Shown here piece by piece: positions 45,631 through 61,407 of a stretch of 64,000 nucleotides of DNA (the first letter of the stretch is position 1; each line of letters opens with the position of its first letter). The stretch comes from Eledone cirrhosa (lineage: Eukaryota), in assembly GCA_964016885.1 (NCBI GenBank), contig OZ024753.1, forward strand, positions 24,304,001 to 24,368,000, written 5' to 3'. The position numbers and the translations under genes were made by a program. The notes under the pieces were generated by a model. The model made no database searches and was not told the DNA's origin. It saw nothing but the letters and a program-made list of their open reading frames with translations.

Positions 45631-48600
45631 AGGACTAACCCTGTATGTAACAGACAGAGGACTGTGTACGCAACAGACAGAGGACTAAAACTGTATGTAA
45701 CAGACAGAGGACTGACACTGTATGTAACAGACAGAGGACTAAGACTGTATGTAACAGACAGAGGACTAACAGTGTATGTAACAGACAGAGGACTAACATT
45801 GTATGTAACAGACAGAGGACTAACACTGTATGTAACTGACAGAGGGTTAACTCTGTATGTAACAGAGTACTAACACTGTATGTAACAGACAGAGCACTAA
45901 CACTGTATATAACAGACAGAGGACTAAAACTGTATGTAACAGACAAAGGATTAACACTGTATGTAACAGACAGAGGGCTAACACTGTGTGCAACAGACAG
46001 AGCAGTAACACTTTATGTAACAGACAGAGTATAAACACTGTATGTAACAGACAGAGGCCTAACATTGTATGCAACAGACAGAGGACTAACACTGTATGCA
46101 ACAGACAGAGGACTAACACTGTATGTAACAGACAGAGGACTAACACTGTATGTAACAGACAGAGGACTAACACTGTATGTAACAGACAGAGGACTAACAC
46201 TGTATGTAACAGACATAGGACTAACACTGTATGTAATAGACAGAGGAGTAAAACTGTATGTAACAGACAGAGGATAAACACTGTATGTAACAGACAGAGG
46301 ACTAACACTATGTAACAGACAGAGGACTAACACTGTATGTAACAGACAGAGGACTAGCACTGTATGTAATAGACAGAGGAGTAAAACTGTATGCAACAGA
46401 CAGAGGACTAATACTTTATGTAACAGACAGAGGACTAACACTGTATATAACAGACAGAGGACTAACACTGTGTGTAGCAGACAGAGGACTAAGACTGTAT
46501 GTAACAGACAGAGGACTAACACTGTATATAACAGACAGAAGGCTAACACTGTATGTAACAGACAGAGGACTAACTCTGTATGTAACAGACAGAGGACTAA
46601 CACTGTATGTAACAGACAGAGGGTTAACACTGTATGTAACAGATAGAGGACTAACACTGTACGTAACAGACAGAGGACTAACACTTTATGTAACAGACAG
46701 AGGACTAACACTGTATGTAACAGACAGAGGTCTAAAACTGTATGTTATAGACAGAGGACTAACACTGTATGTAACAGACAGATGGTTAACACTGTATGCA
46801 AAAGACAAAGGATTAACACTGTATGTAACAGACAGAGGACTAACAGTGTATGTAACAGACAGAGGACGAACACTGTATGCAATAGACAGAGGACTAATAC
46901 TGTATGTAACAGACAGAGGACGAACACCGTATGTAACAGACAGAGGACTAACATTGTATGTAACAGACAGAGGACTGACACTGTATGTCACAGACAGAGG
47001 AATAACAGTGTATGTAACAGACAGAAGCCTAACACTGTATGTAACATACAGAGGACTAACACTGTATGTAACAGACAGAGGACTAACACTGTATGTAACA
47101 GACAGAGGGTTAACACTGTATGTAACAGATAGAGGACTAACACTGTACGTAACAAACAGAGGACTAGCACTTTATGTAACAGACAGAGGACTAACACGGT
47201 ATGTAACAGACAGAGGACTAACAATGTATGTAACAGACAGAGGACTAAAACTGAATGTTATAGACAGAGGACTAACACTATATGTAACAGACAGATGGTT
47301 AACACTGTATGCAAAAGACAAAGGATTAACACTGTATATAACAGACAGAAGGCTAACACTGTGTGTAACAGACAGAGGACTAACAGTGTATGTAACAGCC
47401 AGAGGACTAACACTGTATGCAACAGACAGAGGACGAACACTGTATGCAACAGACAGAGGACTAATACTGTATGTAACAGACAGAGGACTAACACCGTATG
47501 TAACAGACAGAGGACTAACAGTGTATGTAACAGACAGAGGGCTCATACTGTATGTAACAGACAGAGGGTTAACACTGTATGTAACAGACAGAGGACTAAC
47601 CCTGTATGTAACAGACAGAGGACTAACTGTGTATGTAACAGACACAGGACTAACACTGTATGTAACAGACAGAGGACTGACACTGTATGTAACAGACAGA
47701 GGACTAAAACTGTATGTAACAGACAGAGGACTAACACTGTATGTAACAGACAGAGGACTAACATTGTATGTAACAGACAGAGGACTAACACTGTATATAA
47801 CTGACAGAGGGTTAACTCTGTATGTAACAGAGTACTTAGACTGTATGTAACAGACAGAGGACTAACACTGTATGTAACAGACAGAGGACTAATAGTGTTA
47901 GACCTCTGTCTGCTACATACAGTGTATTTAACAGTTAGAGGACTAACACTGTATGTAACAGACAGAAGACTAACACTGTATGTAACAGACAGAATACTAA
48001 CACTGTATGTAACAGACAGCGGGCTAACACTGTATGTAACACACAGCGGACTAACACTGTATGTAACAGACAGAGGGCTAAAACTGTATGTAACAGACAG
48101 CGGACTAACACTGTATATAACAGACAGAGGACTAACACTGTATGTAACAGACACAGGACTGACACTGTATGTAACAGACAGAGGACTAACACTGTATGTA
48201 ACAGACAGTGGACTAACACTGTAGGTAACAGACAGAGGACTAACACTGTATGTCACAGAGAGAGGACTAACAGTGTATATAACAGACAGAGGACTGACAC
48301 TGTATGTAACAGACAGAGGACTAACACTGTATATCACAGACAGAGGACTAACAGTGTATGTAACAGACAGAGGACTAACACTGTATGTAACAGACAGAGG
48401 ACTAACACTGTATGTAACAGACAGAGGGTTAACATTGTATGTAGCAGACAGAGGAATAACACTGTATGTAACAGACAGAGGACTAACACTGTATGTAACA
48501 GACAGCGGACTAACACTGTATGTAACAGACAGAGGACTAACACTGTATGTAACAGACAGAGGACTAACAATGTATGTAACAGACAGAGGACTAACACTGT

Positions 48601-51600
48601 ATGTAACAGACAGAGGACTAACACTGTATGCAACAGACAGAGGACGAACACTGTATGCAACAGACAGAGGACTAATACTGTATGTAACAGACAGAGGACT
48701 AACACTGTATGTAACATACAGAGGACTGAAACTGTATGTAACAGACAGAGTACTAACACTGTATGTAACAGACAGAGGACTGACACTGTATGTCACAGAC
48801 AGAGGACTAACAGTGTATGTAACAGACAGAGGACTAACATTGTATGTAACAGACAGAGAACTCATACTGTATGTAACAGACAGAGGTTTAACACTGTATG
48901 TAACAGACAGAGGACTAACCCTGTATGTAACAGACAGAGGACTAACTATGTATGTAACAGACAGAGAACTAACAGTGTATTTAACAGACAGAGGACTAAC
49001 ACTGTATGTAACTGACAGAGGGTTAACTCTGTATGTAACAGAGTACTAACACTGTATGTAACAGACAGAGGACTAACACTGTATATAACAGACAGAGGAC
49101 TAAAACTGTATGTAACATACAAAGGATTAACACTGTATGTAACAGACAGAGGGCTAACACTGTGTGCAACAGACAGAGCAGTAACACTGTATGTAACAGA
49201 CAGAATATAAACACTGTATGTAACAGACAGAGGCCTAACATTGTATGCAACAGACAGAGTACTAACACTGTATGCAACAGACAGAGGACTAACACTGTAT
49301 GTAACAGACAGAGGACTAACACTGTATGTAACAGACAGAGGACTAACACTGTATGTAACAGACAGAGGACTAACACTGTATGTAACAGACAGAGGACTAA
49401 CACTGTATGTAACAGACAGAGGTCTAACACTGTATGTAATAGACGGAGGAGTAAAACTGTATGTAACAGACAGAGGATAAACACTGTATGTAACAGACAG
49501 AGGACTAACACTATGTAACAGACAGAGGACTAACACTGTATGTAACAGACAGAGGACTAACACTGTATGTAACAGACAGAGGACTAACACTGTATGTAAG
49601 AGACAGAGGACTGACACTGTATGTAACAGACAGAGGACTAACACTGTATGTAACAGATAGAGGACTGACACTGTATGTCACAGACAGAGGACTAACAGTG
49701 TAAGTAACAGACAGAGGAGTAAAACTGTATGTAACAGACAGAGGACTAACACTATGTAACAGACAGAGGGCTAAGAGTGTATGTAACAGACAGAGGACTA
49801 AAATTGTATGTAACAGACAGAGAACTCATACCGTATGTAACAGACAGAGGGTTAACACTGTATGTAACAGACAGAGGACTAACCCTGTATGCAACAGACA
49901 GAGGACTGACATGTATGTAACAGACAGAGGACTAACACTGTATGTAACAGACAGAGGACTAACACTGAATGTAACAGACAGCGGACTAACACTTTATGTA
50001 AAAGACAGAGGACTAACACTGTATGTAACAGACAGAGGACTAACACTGTATGTAACAGACAGAGGACTAATACTGTATGTAACAGACAGAGGACTAACAC
50101 TGTATGTAACAGACCGAGGACTAACACTGTATGTAACAGACAGACGACTAACACTGTATGTAACAGACAGCGGACTAACACTGTATGTAACAGACAGAGG
50201 ACTAACACTGTATGTAACAGACAGAGGACTAACACTGTATGTAAGTGACAGAGGACTAACACTGTATGCAACAGACAGAGGACGAACACTGTATGTAACA
50301 GACAGAGGACTAATACTGTATGTAACAGACAGAGGACTAACACTGTATGTAACAGACAGAGGACTAACACTGTATGTAACAGACAGCGGACTAACACTGT
50401 ATGTAACAGACAGAGGACTAACACTGTATGTAACAGACAGAGGACTGACACTGTATGTAACAGACAGAGGACTAACACTGTATGTAACAGACAGAGGACT
50501 AACACTGTATGTAACAGACAGAGGACTAACACTGTATGTAACTTACAGAGGGTTAACTCTGTATGTAACAGAGTACTAACACTGTATGTAACAGACAGAG
50601 GACTAACACTGTATGTAACAGACAGAGGACTAAAACTGTATGTACCAGACAAAGGATTAACACTGTATGCAACAGACAGAGGAGTAACACTGTATGTAAC
50701 AGACAGAGGATAAACACTGTATGTAACAGACAGAGGACTAACACTGTATGCAACAGACAGAGGACTAACACTGTATGCAAAAGACAGAGGACGAACACTC
50801 TTTGTAACAGACAGAGGACTAATACTGTATGTAACAGACAGAGGACTAACACTGTATTTAACAGACAGAGGACTAACACTGTATGTAACAGACAGCGGAC
50901 TAACACTGTATGTAACAGACAGAGGACTGACACTGTATGTAACAGACAGAGGACTAACACTGTATGTAACAGACAGAGGACTGACACTGTATGTAACAGA
51001 CAGAGGGTTAACACTGTATGTAAGGGACAGAGGGTTAACTCTGTATGTAACAGACAGAGGACTAACACTGTATGTAACAGACAGAGGGTTAACTCTGTAT
51101 GTAACAGACAGAGGACTAACACGGTATGTATCAGACAGAGGACTAACTGTGTATGTGACAGACAGAGGGTTAACTATGTATGTAACAGAGAGAGGACTAA
51201 CACGGCATGTAACAGACAGAGGACTAAAACTGTATATAACAGACAGAGGACTAACACTGTATGTAAAATACAGAGGACTAACACTGTATGTAACAGACAG
51301 AGGACTAACACTGTATGTAACAGACAGAGGACTAACACTGTATGCAACAGACAGAGGACGAACACTGTGCGTAACAGACAGAGGACTAACACTGTATGTA
51401 ACAGACAGAGGGTTAACACTGTCTGTAACAGACAGAGGACTAACCCTGTATGTAACAGACAGAGGACTATCCCTGTATGTAACAGACAGAGGACTAACTG
51501 TGTATGTAACAGACAGAAGACTAACACTGTATGTAACAGACAGAAGACTAACACTGTATGTAACAGACAGCGGACTAACACTGTATGTAACAGACAGCGG

Positions 51601-54600
51601 ACTAACACTGTATGTGACAGACAGAGGGCTAAAACTGTATGTAACAGACAGCGGACTAACACTGTATATAACAGACAGAGGACTAACACTGTATGTAACA
51701 GACAGAGGACTGACACTGTATTTAACAGACAGAGGACTAACACTGTATATCACAGACAGAGGACTAACACTGTATGTAACAGACAGAGGACTGACACTGT
51801 ATGTAACAGACAGAGGACTAACACTGTATGTAACAGACAGCGGACTAACACTGTATGTAACAGACAGAGGACTAACACTGTATGTAACAGACAGAGGACT
51901 AACACTGTATGTAACAGACAGAGGACTAACACTGTATGTAACAGACAGAGGACTAACACTGTAATCAACAGACAGAGGACGAACACTGTATGCAACAGAC
52001 AGAGGACTAATACTGTATGTAACAGACAGAGGACTAACACTGTATGTAACAGACAGAGGACTGAAACTGTATGTAACAGACAGAGGACTGAAACTGTATG
52101 TAACAGACAGAGGACTAACGCTGTATGTAACAGACAGAGGACTGACACTGTATGTCACAGACAGAGGACTAACAGTGTATGTAACAGGGAGAGGACTAAC
52201 ATTGTATGTAACAGACAGAGAACTCATACTGTATGTAACAGACAGAGGGTTAACACTGTATGTAACAGACAGAGGACTAACTGTGTATGTAACAGACAGA
52301 GGAATAACACTGTATGTAACAGACAGAGGACTAACACTGTATGTAAGAGACAGAGGACTAACACTGTATGTAACAGACAGAGGACGAACACTGTATGCAA
52401 CAGACAGAGGACTAACACTGTATGTAACAGACAGAGGGATAACACTGTATGTAACAGACAGAGGACTATCACGGTATCTATCAGACAGAGGACTAACTGT
52501 GTATGTGACAGACAGAGGGTTAACTCTGTATGTAACAGAGAGAGGACTAACACGGCATGTAACAGACAGAGGACTAACACTGTATATAACAGACAGAGGA
52601 CTAACACTGTATGTAAAATACAGAGGACTAACACTGTATGTAACAGACAGAGGACTAACACTGTATGCAACAGACAGAGGACGAACACTGTGCGTAACAG
52701 ACAGAGGACTAACACTGTATGTAACAGACAGAGGGTTAACACTGTCTGTAACAGACAGAGGACTAACCCTGTATGTAACAGACAGAGGACTAACCCTGTA
52801 TGTAACAGACAGAGGACTAACTGTGTATGTAACAGACAGAGGACTAACACTGTATGTAACAGACAGAGGACTGACACTGTATGTAACAGACAGAGGACTA
52901 ACACTGTATGTAACAGACAGAGGACTAACACTGTATGTAACAGACAGAGGACTAACATTGTATGTAACAGACAGAGGACTAACACTGTATATAACTGACA
53001 GAGGGTTAACTCTGTATGTAACAGAGTACTAACACTGTATGTAACAGACAGAGGACTAACACTGTATGTAACAGACAGAGGACTAATAGTGTTAGACCTC
53101 TGTCTGTTACATACAGTGGATTTAACAGTTAGAGGACTAACACTGTATGTAACAGACAGAAGACTAACACTGTATATAACAGACAGAAGACTAACACTGT
53201 ATGTAACAGACAGCGGACTAACACCGTATGTAACAGACAGCGGACTAACACTGTATTTAACAGACAGAGGGCTAAAACTGTATGTAACAGACAGCGGACT
53301 AACACTGTATGTAACAGACAGAGGACTAACACTGCATGTAACAGACAGAGGACTAACACTGCATGTAACAGACACAGGACTAACATTGTATGTAACAGAC
53401 AGAGGACTAACACATTATGTAACTGACAGAGGGTTAACTCTGTATGTAACAGAGTACTAACACTGTATGTACCAGACAGAGGACTAACACTGTATGTAAC
53501 AGACAGAGGACTAATAGTGTTAGACCTCTGTCTGTTACATACAGTGTATTTAACAGTTAGAGGACTAACACTGTATGTAACAGACAGAAGACTAACACTG
53601 TATGTAACAGACAGAAGACTAACACTGTATGTAACAGACAGCGGACTAACACTGTATGTAACAGACAGCGGACTAACACTGTATGTGACAGACAGAGGGC
53701 TAAAACTGTATGTAACAGACAGCGGACTAACACTGTATATAACAGACAGAGGACTAACACTGTATGTAACAGACAGAGGACTGACACTGTATTTAACAGA
53801 CAGAGGACTAACACTGTATATCACAGACAGAGGACTAACACTGTATGTAACAGACAGAGGACTGACACTGTATGTAACAGACAGAGGACTAACACTGTAT
53901 GTAACAGACAGAGGACTAACACTGTATGTAACAGACAGCGGACTAACACTGTATGTAACAGACAGAGGACTAACACTGTATGTAACAGACAGAGGACTAA
54001 CACTGTATGTAACAGACAGAGGACTAACACTGTATGTAACAGACAGAGGACTAACACTGTAATCAACAGACAGAGGACGAACACTGTATGCAACAGACAG
54101 AGGACTAATACTGTATGTAACAGACAGAGGACTAACACTGTATGTAACAGACAGAGGACTGAAACTGTATGTAACAGACAGAGGACTGAAACTGTATGTA
54201 ACAGACAGAGGACTAACGCTGTATGTAACAGACAGAGGACTGACACTGTATGTCACAGACAGAGGACTAACAGTGTATGTAACAGGGAGAGGACTAACAT
54301 TGTATGTAACAGACAGAGAACTCATACTGTATGTAACAGACAGAGGGTTAACACTGTATGTAACAGACAGAGGACTAACTGTGTATGTAACAGACAGAGG
54401 AATAACACTGTATGTAACAGACAGAGGACTAACACTGTATGTAAGAGACAGAGGACTAACACTGTATGTAACAGACAGAGGACGAACACTGTATGCAACA
54501 GACAGAGGACTAACACTGTATGTAACAGACAGAGGGATAACACTGTATGTAACAGACAGAGGACTAACACTGTATGTAACAGACAGAGGACTAACACTGT

Positions 54601-56602
54601 ATGCAACAGACAGAGGACTAATACTGTATGTAACAGACAGAGGACTAACACTGTATGTAACAGACAGAGGGATAACACTGTATGTAACAGACAGAGGACT
54701 AACACTGTATGTAACAGACAGAGGGATAACTCCGTATGTAACAGACAGAGGACTATCACGGTATGTATCAGACAGAGGACTAACTGTGTATGTGACAGAC
54801 AGAGGGTTAACTCTGTATGTAACAGAGAGAGGACTAACACGGCATGTAACAGACAGAGGACTAAAACTGTATATAACAGACAGAGGACTAACACTGTATG
54901 TAAAATACAGAGGACTAACACTGTATGTAACAGACAGAGGACTAACACTGTATGCAACAGACAGAGGACGAACACTGTGCGTAACAGACAGAGGACTAAC
55001 ACTGTATGTAACAGACAGAGGGTTAACACTGTCTGTAACAGACAGAGGACTAACCCTGTATGTAACAGACAGAGGACTAACCCTGTATGTAACAGACAGA
55101 GGACTAACTGTGTATGTAACAGACAGAGGACTAACACTGTATGTAACAGACAGAGGACTGACACTGTATGTAACAGACAGAGGACTAACACTGTATGTAA
55201 CAGACAGAGGACTAACACTGTATGTAACAGACAGAGGACTAACATTGTATGTAACAGACAGAGGACTAACACTGTATGTAAAAGACAGAGGACTAACACT
55301 CTATGTAACAGACAGAGGACTAAAACTGTATGTAATAGACAGAGGACTCATACTGTATGTAACAGACAGAGGGTTAACACTGTATGTAACAGACAGAGGA
55401 CTAACCCTGTATGTAACAGACAGAAGGCTAACACTGTATGCAACAGACAGAGGACGAACACTGTATGCAACAGACAGAGGACTAATACTGTATGTAACAG
55501 ACAGAGGACTAACACTGTATGTAACAGACAGAGGAGTAACACTGTATGTAACAGACAGAGGACTGACACTGTATGTAACAGACAGAGGACTAACACTGTA
55601 TGTAACAGACAGAGGACTGACACTGTATGTCACAGACAGGGGACTAACAGTGTATGTAACAGACAGAGGACTTTCACTGTATGTAACAGACAGAGGACTC
55701 ATACTGTATGTAACAGACAGAGGGTTAACACTGTATGTAACAGACAGAGGACTAACCCTGTATGTAACAGACAGAGGACTAACTGTGTATGTAACAGACA
55801 GAGGACTAACACTGTATGTAACATACAGAGGACTGACACTGTATGTAACAGACAGAGGACTAACACTGTATGTAACAGACAGAGGACTAACACTGTATGT
55901 AACAGACAGAGGACTAACACTGTATATAACAGACAGAGGACTAACACTGTATGTAACTGACAGAGGGTTAACTCTGTATGTAACAGAGTACTAACACTGT
56001 ATGTAACAGACAGAGGACTAACACTGTATGTAACAGACAGAGGACTAAAACTGTATGTACCAGACAAAGGATTAACAATGTATGTAACAGACAGAGGACT
56101 AACACTGTGTGCAACAGACAGAGGAGTAACACTGTATGTAACAGACAGAGGATAAACACTGTATGTAACAGACAGAGGCCTAACATTGTATGCAACAGAC
56201 AGAGGACTAACACTCTATGCAACAGACAGAGGACTAACACTGTATGTAACAGACAGAGGACTAACACTGTATGTAACAGACAGAGGACTAACACTGTATG
56301 TAACAGACAGAGGACTAACACTATGTAACAGACAGAGTACTAACATTGTATGTAATAGACAGAGGAGTAAAACTGTATGCAACAGACAGAGGACTAATAC
56401 TTTATGTAACAGACAGAGAACTAACACTGTATGTAACAGACACAGGACTAACACTGTATGTAGCAGACAGAGGACTAAGACTGTATGTAACAGAGAGAGG
56501 ACTAACACTGTATGTAACAGACAGAGGAATAACACTGTATATAACAGACAGAAGGCTAACACTGTATGTAACAGACAGAGGACTAACACTGTATGTAACA
56601 GA

Positions 56603-57608
56603 CAGAGGACTAACTGTGTATGTAACAGACAGAGGACTAACACTGTATGTAACAGACAGAGGACTGACACTGTATGTAACAGACAGTGGACTAACACTGT
56701 ATGTAACAGACAGAGGACTAACACTGTATGTAACAGACAGAGGACTAACATTGTATGTAACAGACAGAGGACTAACACTGTATATAACTGACAGAGGGTT
56801 AACTCTGTATGTAACAGAGTACTAACACTGTATGTAACAGACAGAGGACTAACACTGTATGTAACAGACAGAGGACTAATAGTGTTAGACCTCTGTCTGT
56901 TACATACAGTGGATTTAACAGTTAGAGGACTAACACTGTATGTAACAGACAGAAGACTAACACTGTATATAACAGACAGAAGACTAACACTGTATGTAAC
57001 AGACAGCGGACTAACACCGTATGTAACAGACAGCGGACTAACACTGTATTTAACAGACAGAGGGCTAAAACTGTATGTAACAGACAGCGGACTAACACTG
57101 TATGTAACAGACAGAGGACTAACACTGCAAGTAACAGACAGAGGACTAACACTGCATGTAACAGACACAGGACTAACATTGTATGTAACAGACAGAGGAC
57201 TAACACATTATGTAACTGACAGAGGGTTAACTCTGTATGTAACAGAGTACTAACACTGTATGTACCAGACAGAGGACTAACACTGTATGTAACAGACAGA
57301 GGACTAATAGTGTTAGACCTCTGTCTGTTACATACAGTGTATTTAACAGTTAGAGGACTAACACTGTATGTAACAGACAGAAGACTAACACTGTATGTAA
57401 CAGACAGAAGACTAACACTGTATGTAACAGACAGCGGACTAACACTGTATGTAACAGACAGCGGACTAACACTGTATGTGACAGACAGAGGGCTAAAACT
57501 GTATGTAACAGACAGCGGACTAACACTGTATATAACAGACAGAGGACTAACACTGTATGTAACAGACAGAGGACTGACACTGTATTTAACAGACAGAGGA
57601 CTAACACT
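56603..57608 (+). repeat. Copy (about 1 kb) of about 52810-53815 carrying a pair of inversions 428 bp apart, offset 3793 bp
   Basis: Inversions 53088/53516 and 56881/57309 are each 428 apart (16x27-4), with the same intervening variants (CAGTGGATTT, CTGCATGT, CACATTAT, GTACCAG). Confidence 0.87.
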
Positions 57609-58359
57609 GTATGTAACAGACAGAGGACTAACACTGTATGTAACAGACAGAGGACTAACACTATGTAACAGACAGAGGACTAACATTGTATGTAATAGAC
57701 AGAGGAGTAAAACTGTATGCAACAGACAGAGGACTAATACTTTATGTAACAGACAGAGAACTAACACTGTATGTAACAGACACAGGACTAACACTGTATG
57801 TAGCAGACAGAGGACTAAGACTGTATGTAACAGAGAGAGGACTAACACTGTATGTAACAGACAGAGGAATAACACTGTATATAACAGACAGAAGGCTAAC
57901 ACTGTATGTAACAGACAGAGGACTAACACTGTATGTAACAGACAGAGGACTAACAATGTATGTAACAGACAGAGGACTAACACTGTATGTAACAGACAGA
58001 GGGTTAACACTGTATGTAACAGATAGAGGACTAACACTGTACGTAACAGACAGAGGACTAACACTTTATGTAACAGACAGAGGACTAACACTGTATGTAA
58101 CAGACAGAGGACTAACAATGTATGTAACAGACAGAGGACTAAAACTGTATGTAATAGACAGAGGACTAACACTGTATGTAACAGACAGATGGTTAACACT
58201 GTATGCTAAAGACAAAGGATTAACACTGTATGTAACAGACAGAGGACTAACAGTGTATGTAACAGCCAGAGGACTAACACTGTATGCAACAGACAGAGGA
58301 CGAACACTGTATGCAACAGACAGAGGACATATACTGTATGTAACAGACAGAGGACTAAC

Positions 58360-61300
58360 ACTGTATGTAACAGACAGAAGACTAACACTGTATGTAACAG
58401 ACAGAAGACTAACACTGTATGTAACAGACAGCGGACTAACACTGTATGTAACAGACAGCGGACTAACACTGTATGTGACAGACAGAGGGCTAAAACTGTA
58501 TGTAACAGACAGCGGACTAACACTGTATATAACAGACAGAGGACTAACACTGTATGTAACAGACAGAGGACTGACACTGTATTTAACAGACAGAGGACTA
58601 ACACTGTATATCACAGACAGAGGAATAACACTGTATGTAACAGACAGAGGACTGACACTGTATGTAACAGACAGAGGACTAACACTGTATGTAACAGACA
58701 GAGGACTAACACTGTATGTAACAGACAGCGGACTAACACTGTATGTAACAGACAGAGGACTAACACTGTATGTAACAGACAGAGGACTAACACTGTATGT
58801 AACAGACAGAGGACTAACACTGTATGTAACAGACAGAGGACTAACACTGTAATCAACAGACAGAGGACGAACACTGTATGCAACAGACAGAGGACTAATA
58901 CTGTATGTAACAGACAGAGGACTAACACTGTATGTAACAGACAGAGGACTGAAACTGTATGTAACAGACAGAGGACTGAAACTGTATGTAACAGACAGAG
59001 GACTAACGCTGTATGTAACAGACAGAGGACTGACACTGTATGTCACAGACAGAGGACTAACAGTGTATGTAACAGGGAGAGGACTAACATTGTATGTAAC
59101 AGACAGAGAACTCATACTGTATGTAACAGACAGAGGGTTAACACTGTATGTAACAGACAGAGGACTAACTGTGTATGTAACAGACAGAGGAATAACACTG
59201 TATGTAACAGACAGAGGACTAACACTGTATGTAACAGACAGAGGACTAACACTGTATGTAACAGACAGAGGACGAACACTGTATGCAACAGACAGAGGAC
59301 TAACACTGTATGTAACAGACAGAGGGATAACACTGTATGTAACAGACAGAGGACTAACACTGTATGTAACAGACAGAGGACTAACACTGTATGCAACAGA
59401 CAGAGGACTAATACTGTATGTAACAGACAGAGGACTAACACTGTATGTAACAGACAGAGGGATAACACTGTATGTAACAGACAGAGGACTAACACTGTAT
59501 GTAACAGACAGAGGGATAACTCCGTATGTAACAGACAGAGGACTAACACGGTATGTATCAGACAGAGGACTAACTGTGTATGTGACAGACAGAGGGTTAA
59601 CTCTGTATGTAACAGAGAGAGGACTAACACGGCATGTAACAGACAGAGGACTAACACTGTATATAACAGACAGAGGACTAACACTGTATGTAAAATACAG
59701 AGGACTAACACTGTATGAAACAGACAGAGGACTAACACTGTATGCAACAGACAGAGGACGAACACTGTGCGTAACAGACAGAGGACTAACACTGTATGTA
59801 ACAGACAGAGGGTTAACACTGTCTGTAACAGACAGAGGACTAACCCTGTATGTAACAGACAGAGGACTAACCCTGTATGTAACAGACAGAGGACTAACTG
59901 TGTATGTAACAGACAGAGGACTAACACTGTATGTAACAGACAGAGGACTGACACTGTATGTAACAGACAGAGGACTAACACTGTATGTAACAGACAGAGG
60001 ACTAACACTGTATGTAACAGACAGAGGACTAACATTGTATGTAACAGACAGAGGACTAACACTGTATGTAAAAGACAGAGGACTAACACTCTATGTAACA
60101 GACAGAGGACTAACACTCTATGTAACAGACAGAGGACTAAAACTGTATGTAATAGACAGAGGACTCATACTGTATGTAACAGACAGAGGGTTAACACTGT
60201 ATGTAACAGACAGAGGACTAACCCTGTATGTAACAGACAGAAGGCTAACACTGTATGCAACAGACAGAGGACGAACACTGTATGCAACAGACAGAGGACT
60301 AATACTGTATGTAACAGACAGAGGACTAACACTGTATGTAACAGACAGAGGAGTAACACTGTATGTAACAGACAGAGGACTGACACTGTATGTAACAGAC
60401 AGAGGACTAACACTGTATGTAACAGACAGAGGACTGACACTGTATGTCACAGACAGGGGACTAACAGTGTATGTAACAGACAGAGGACTTTCACTGTATG
60501 TAACAGACAGAGGACTCATACTGTATGTAACAGACAGAGGGTTAACACTGTATGTAACAGACAGAGGACTAACCCTGTATGTAACAGACAGAGGACTAAC
60601 TGTGTATGTAACAGACAGAGGACTAACACTGTATGTAACATACAGAGGACTGACACTGTATGTAACAGACAGAGGACTAACACTGTATGTAACAGACAGA
60701 GGACTAACACTGTATGTAACAGACAGAGGACTAACACTGTATATAACAGACAGAGGACTAACACTGTATGTAACTGACAGAGGGTTAACTCTGTATGTAA
60801 CAGAGTACTAACACTGTATGTAACAGACAGAGGACTAACACTGTATGTAACAGACAGAGGACTAAAACTGTATGTACCAGACAAAGGATTAACAATGTAT
60901 GTAACAGACAGAGGACTAACACTGTGTGCAACAGACAGAGGAGTAACACTGTATGTAACAGACAGAGGATAAACACTGTATGTAACAGACAGAGGCCTAA
61001 CATTGTATGCAACAGACAGAGGACTAACACTCTATGCAACAGACAGAGGACTAACACTGTATGTAACAGACAGAGGACTAACACTGTATGTAACAGACAG
61101 AGGACTAACACTGTATGTAACAGACAGAGGACTAACACTATGTAACAGACAGAGGACTAACATTGTATGTAATAGACAGAGGAGTAAAACTGTATGCAAC
61201 AGACAGAGGACTAATACTTTATGTAACAGACAGAGAACTAACACTGTATGTAACAGACACAGGACTAACACTGTATGTAGCAGACAGAGGACTAAGACTG

Positions 61301-61407
61301 TATGTAACAGAGAGAGGACTAACACTGTATGTAACAGACAGAGGAATAACACTGTATATAACAGACAGAAGGCTAACACTCTATGTAACAGACAGAGGAC
61401 TAACACT
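58360..61407 (+). repeat. Copy (about 3 kb) of about 53570-56590, offset 4790 then 4817 bp (one extra monomer)
   Basis: ORF pairs 54273/59063 and 54977/59767 are offset by 4790; 55301/60118 and 56107/60924 by 4817. The extra ACACTCTATG monomer lies near 60080-60130. Confidence 0.87.

Noticed and set aside
49879-52227. Minus-strand (SVSPLSVTY)n mucin-like and (VLVLCLLHT)n hydrophobic ORFs
   Set aside because: These are stop-free reverse frames of the satellite. The ORFs switch between the two peptides at deletion monomers, as expected for non-coding repeats.
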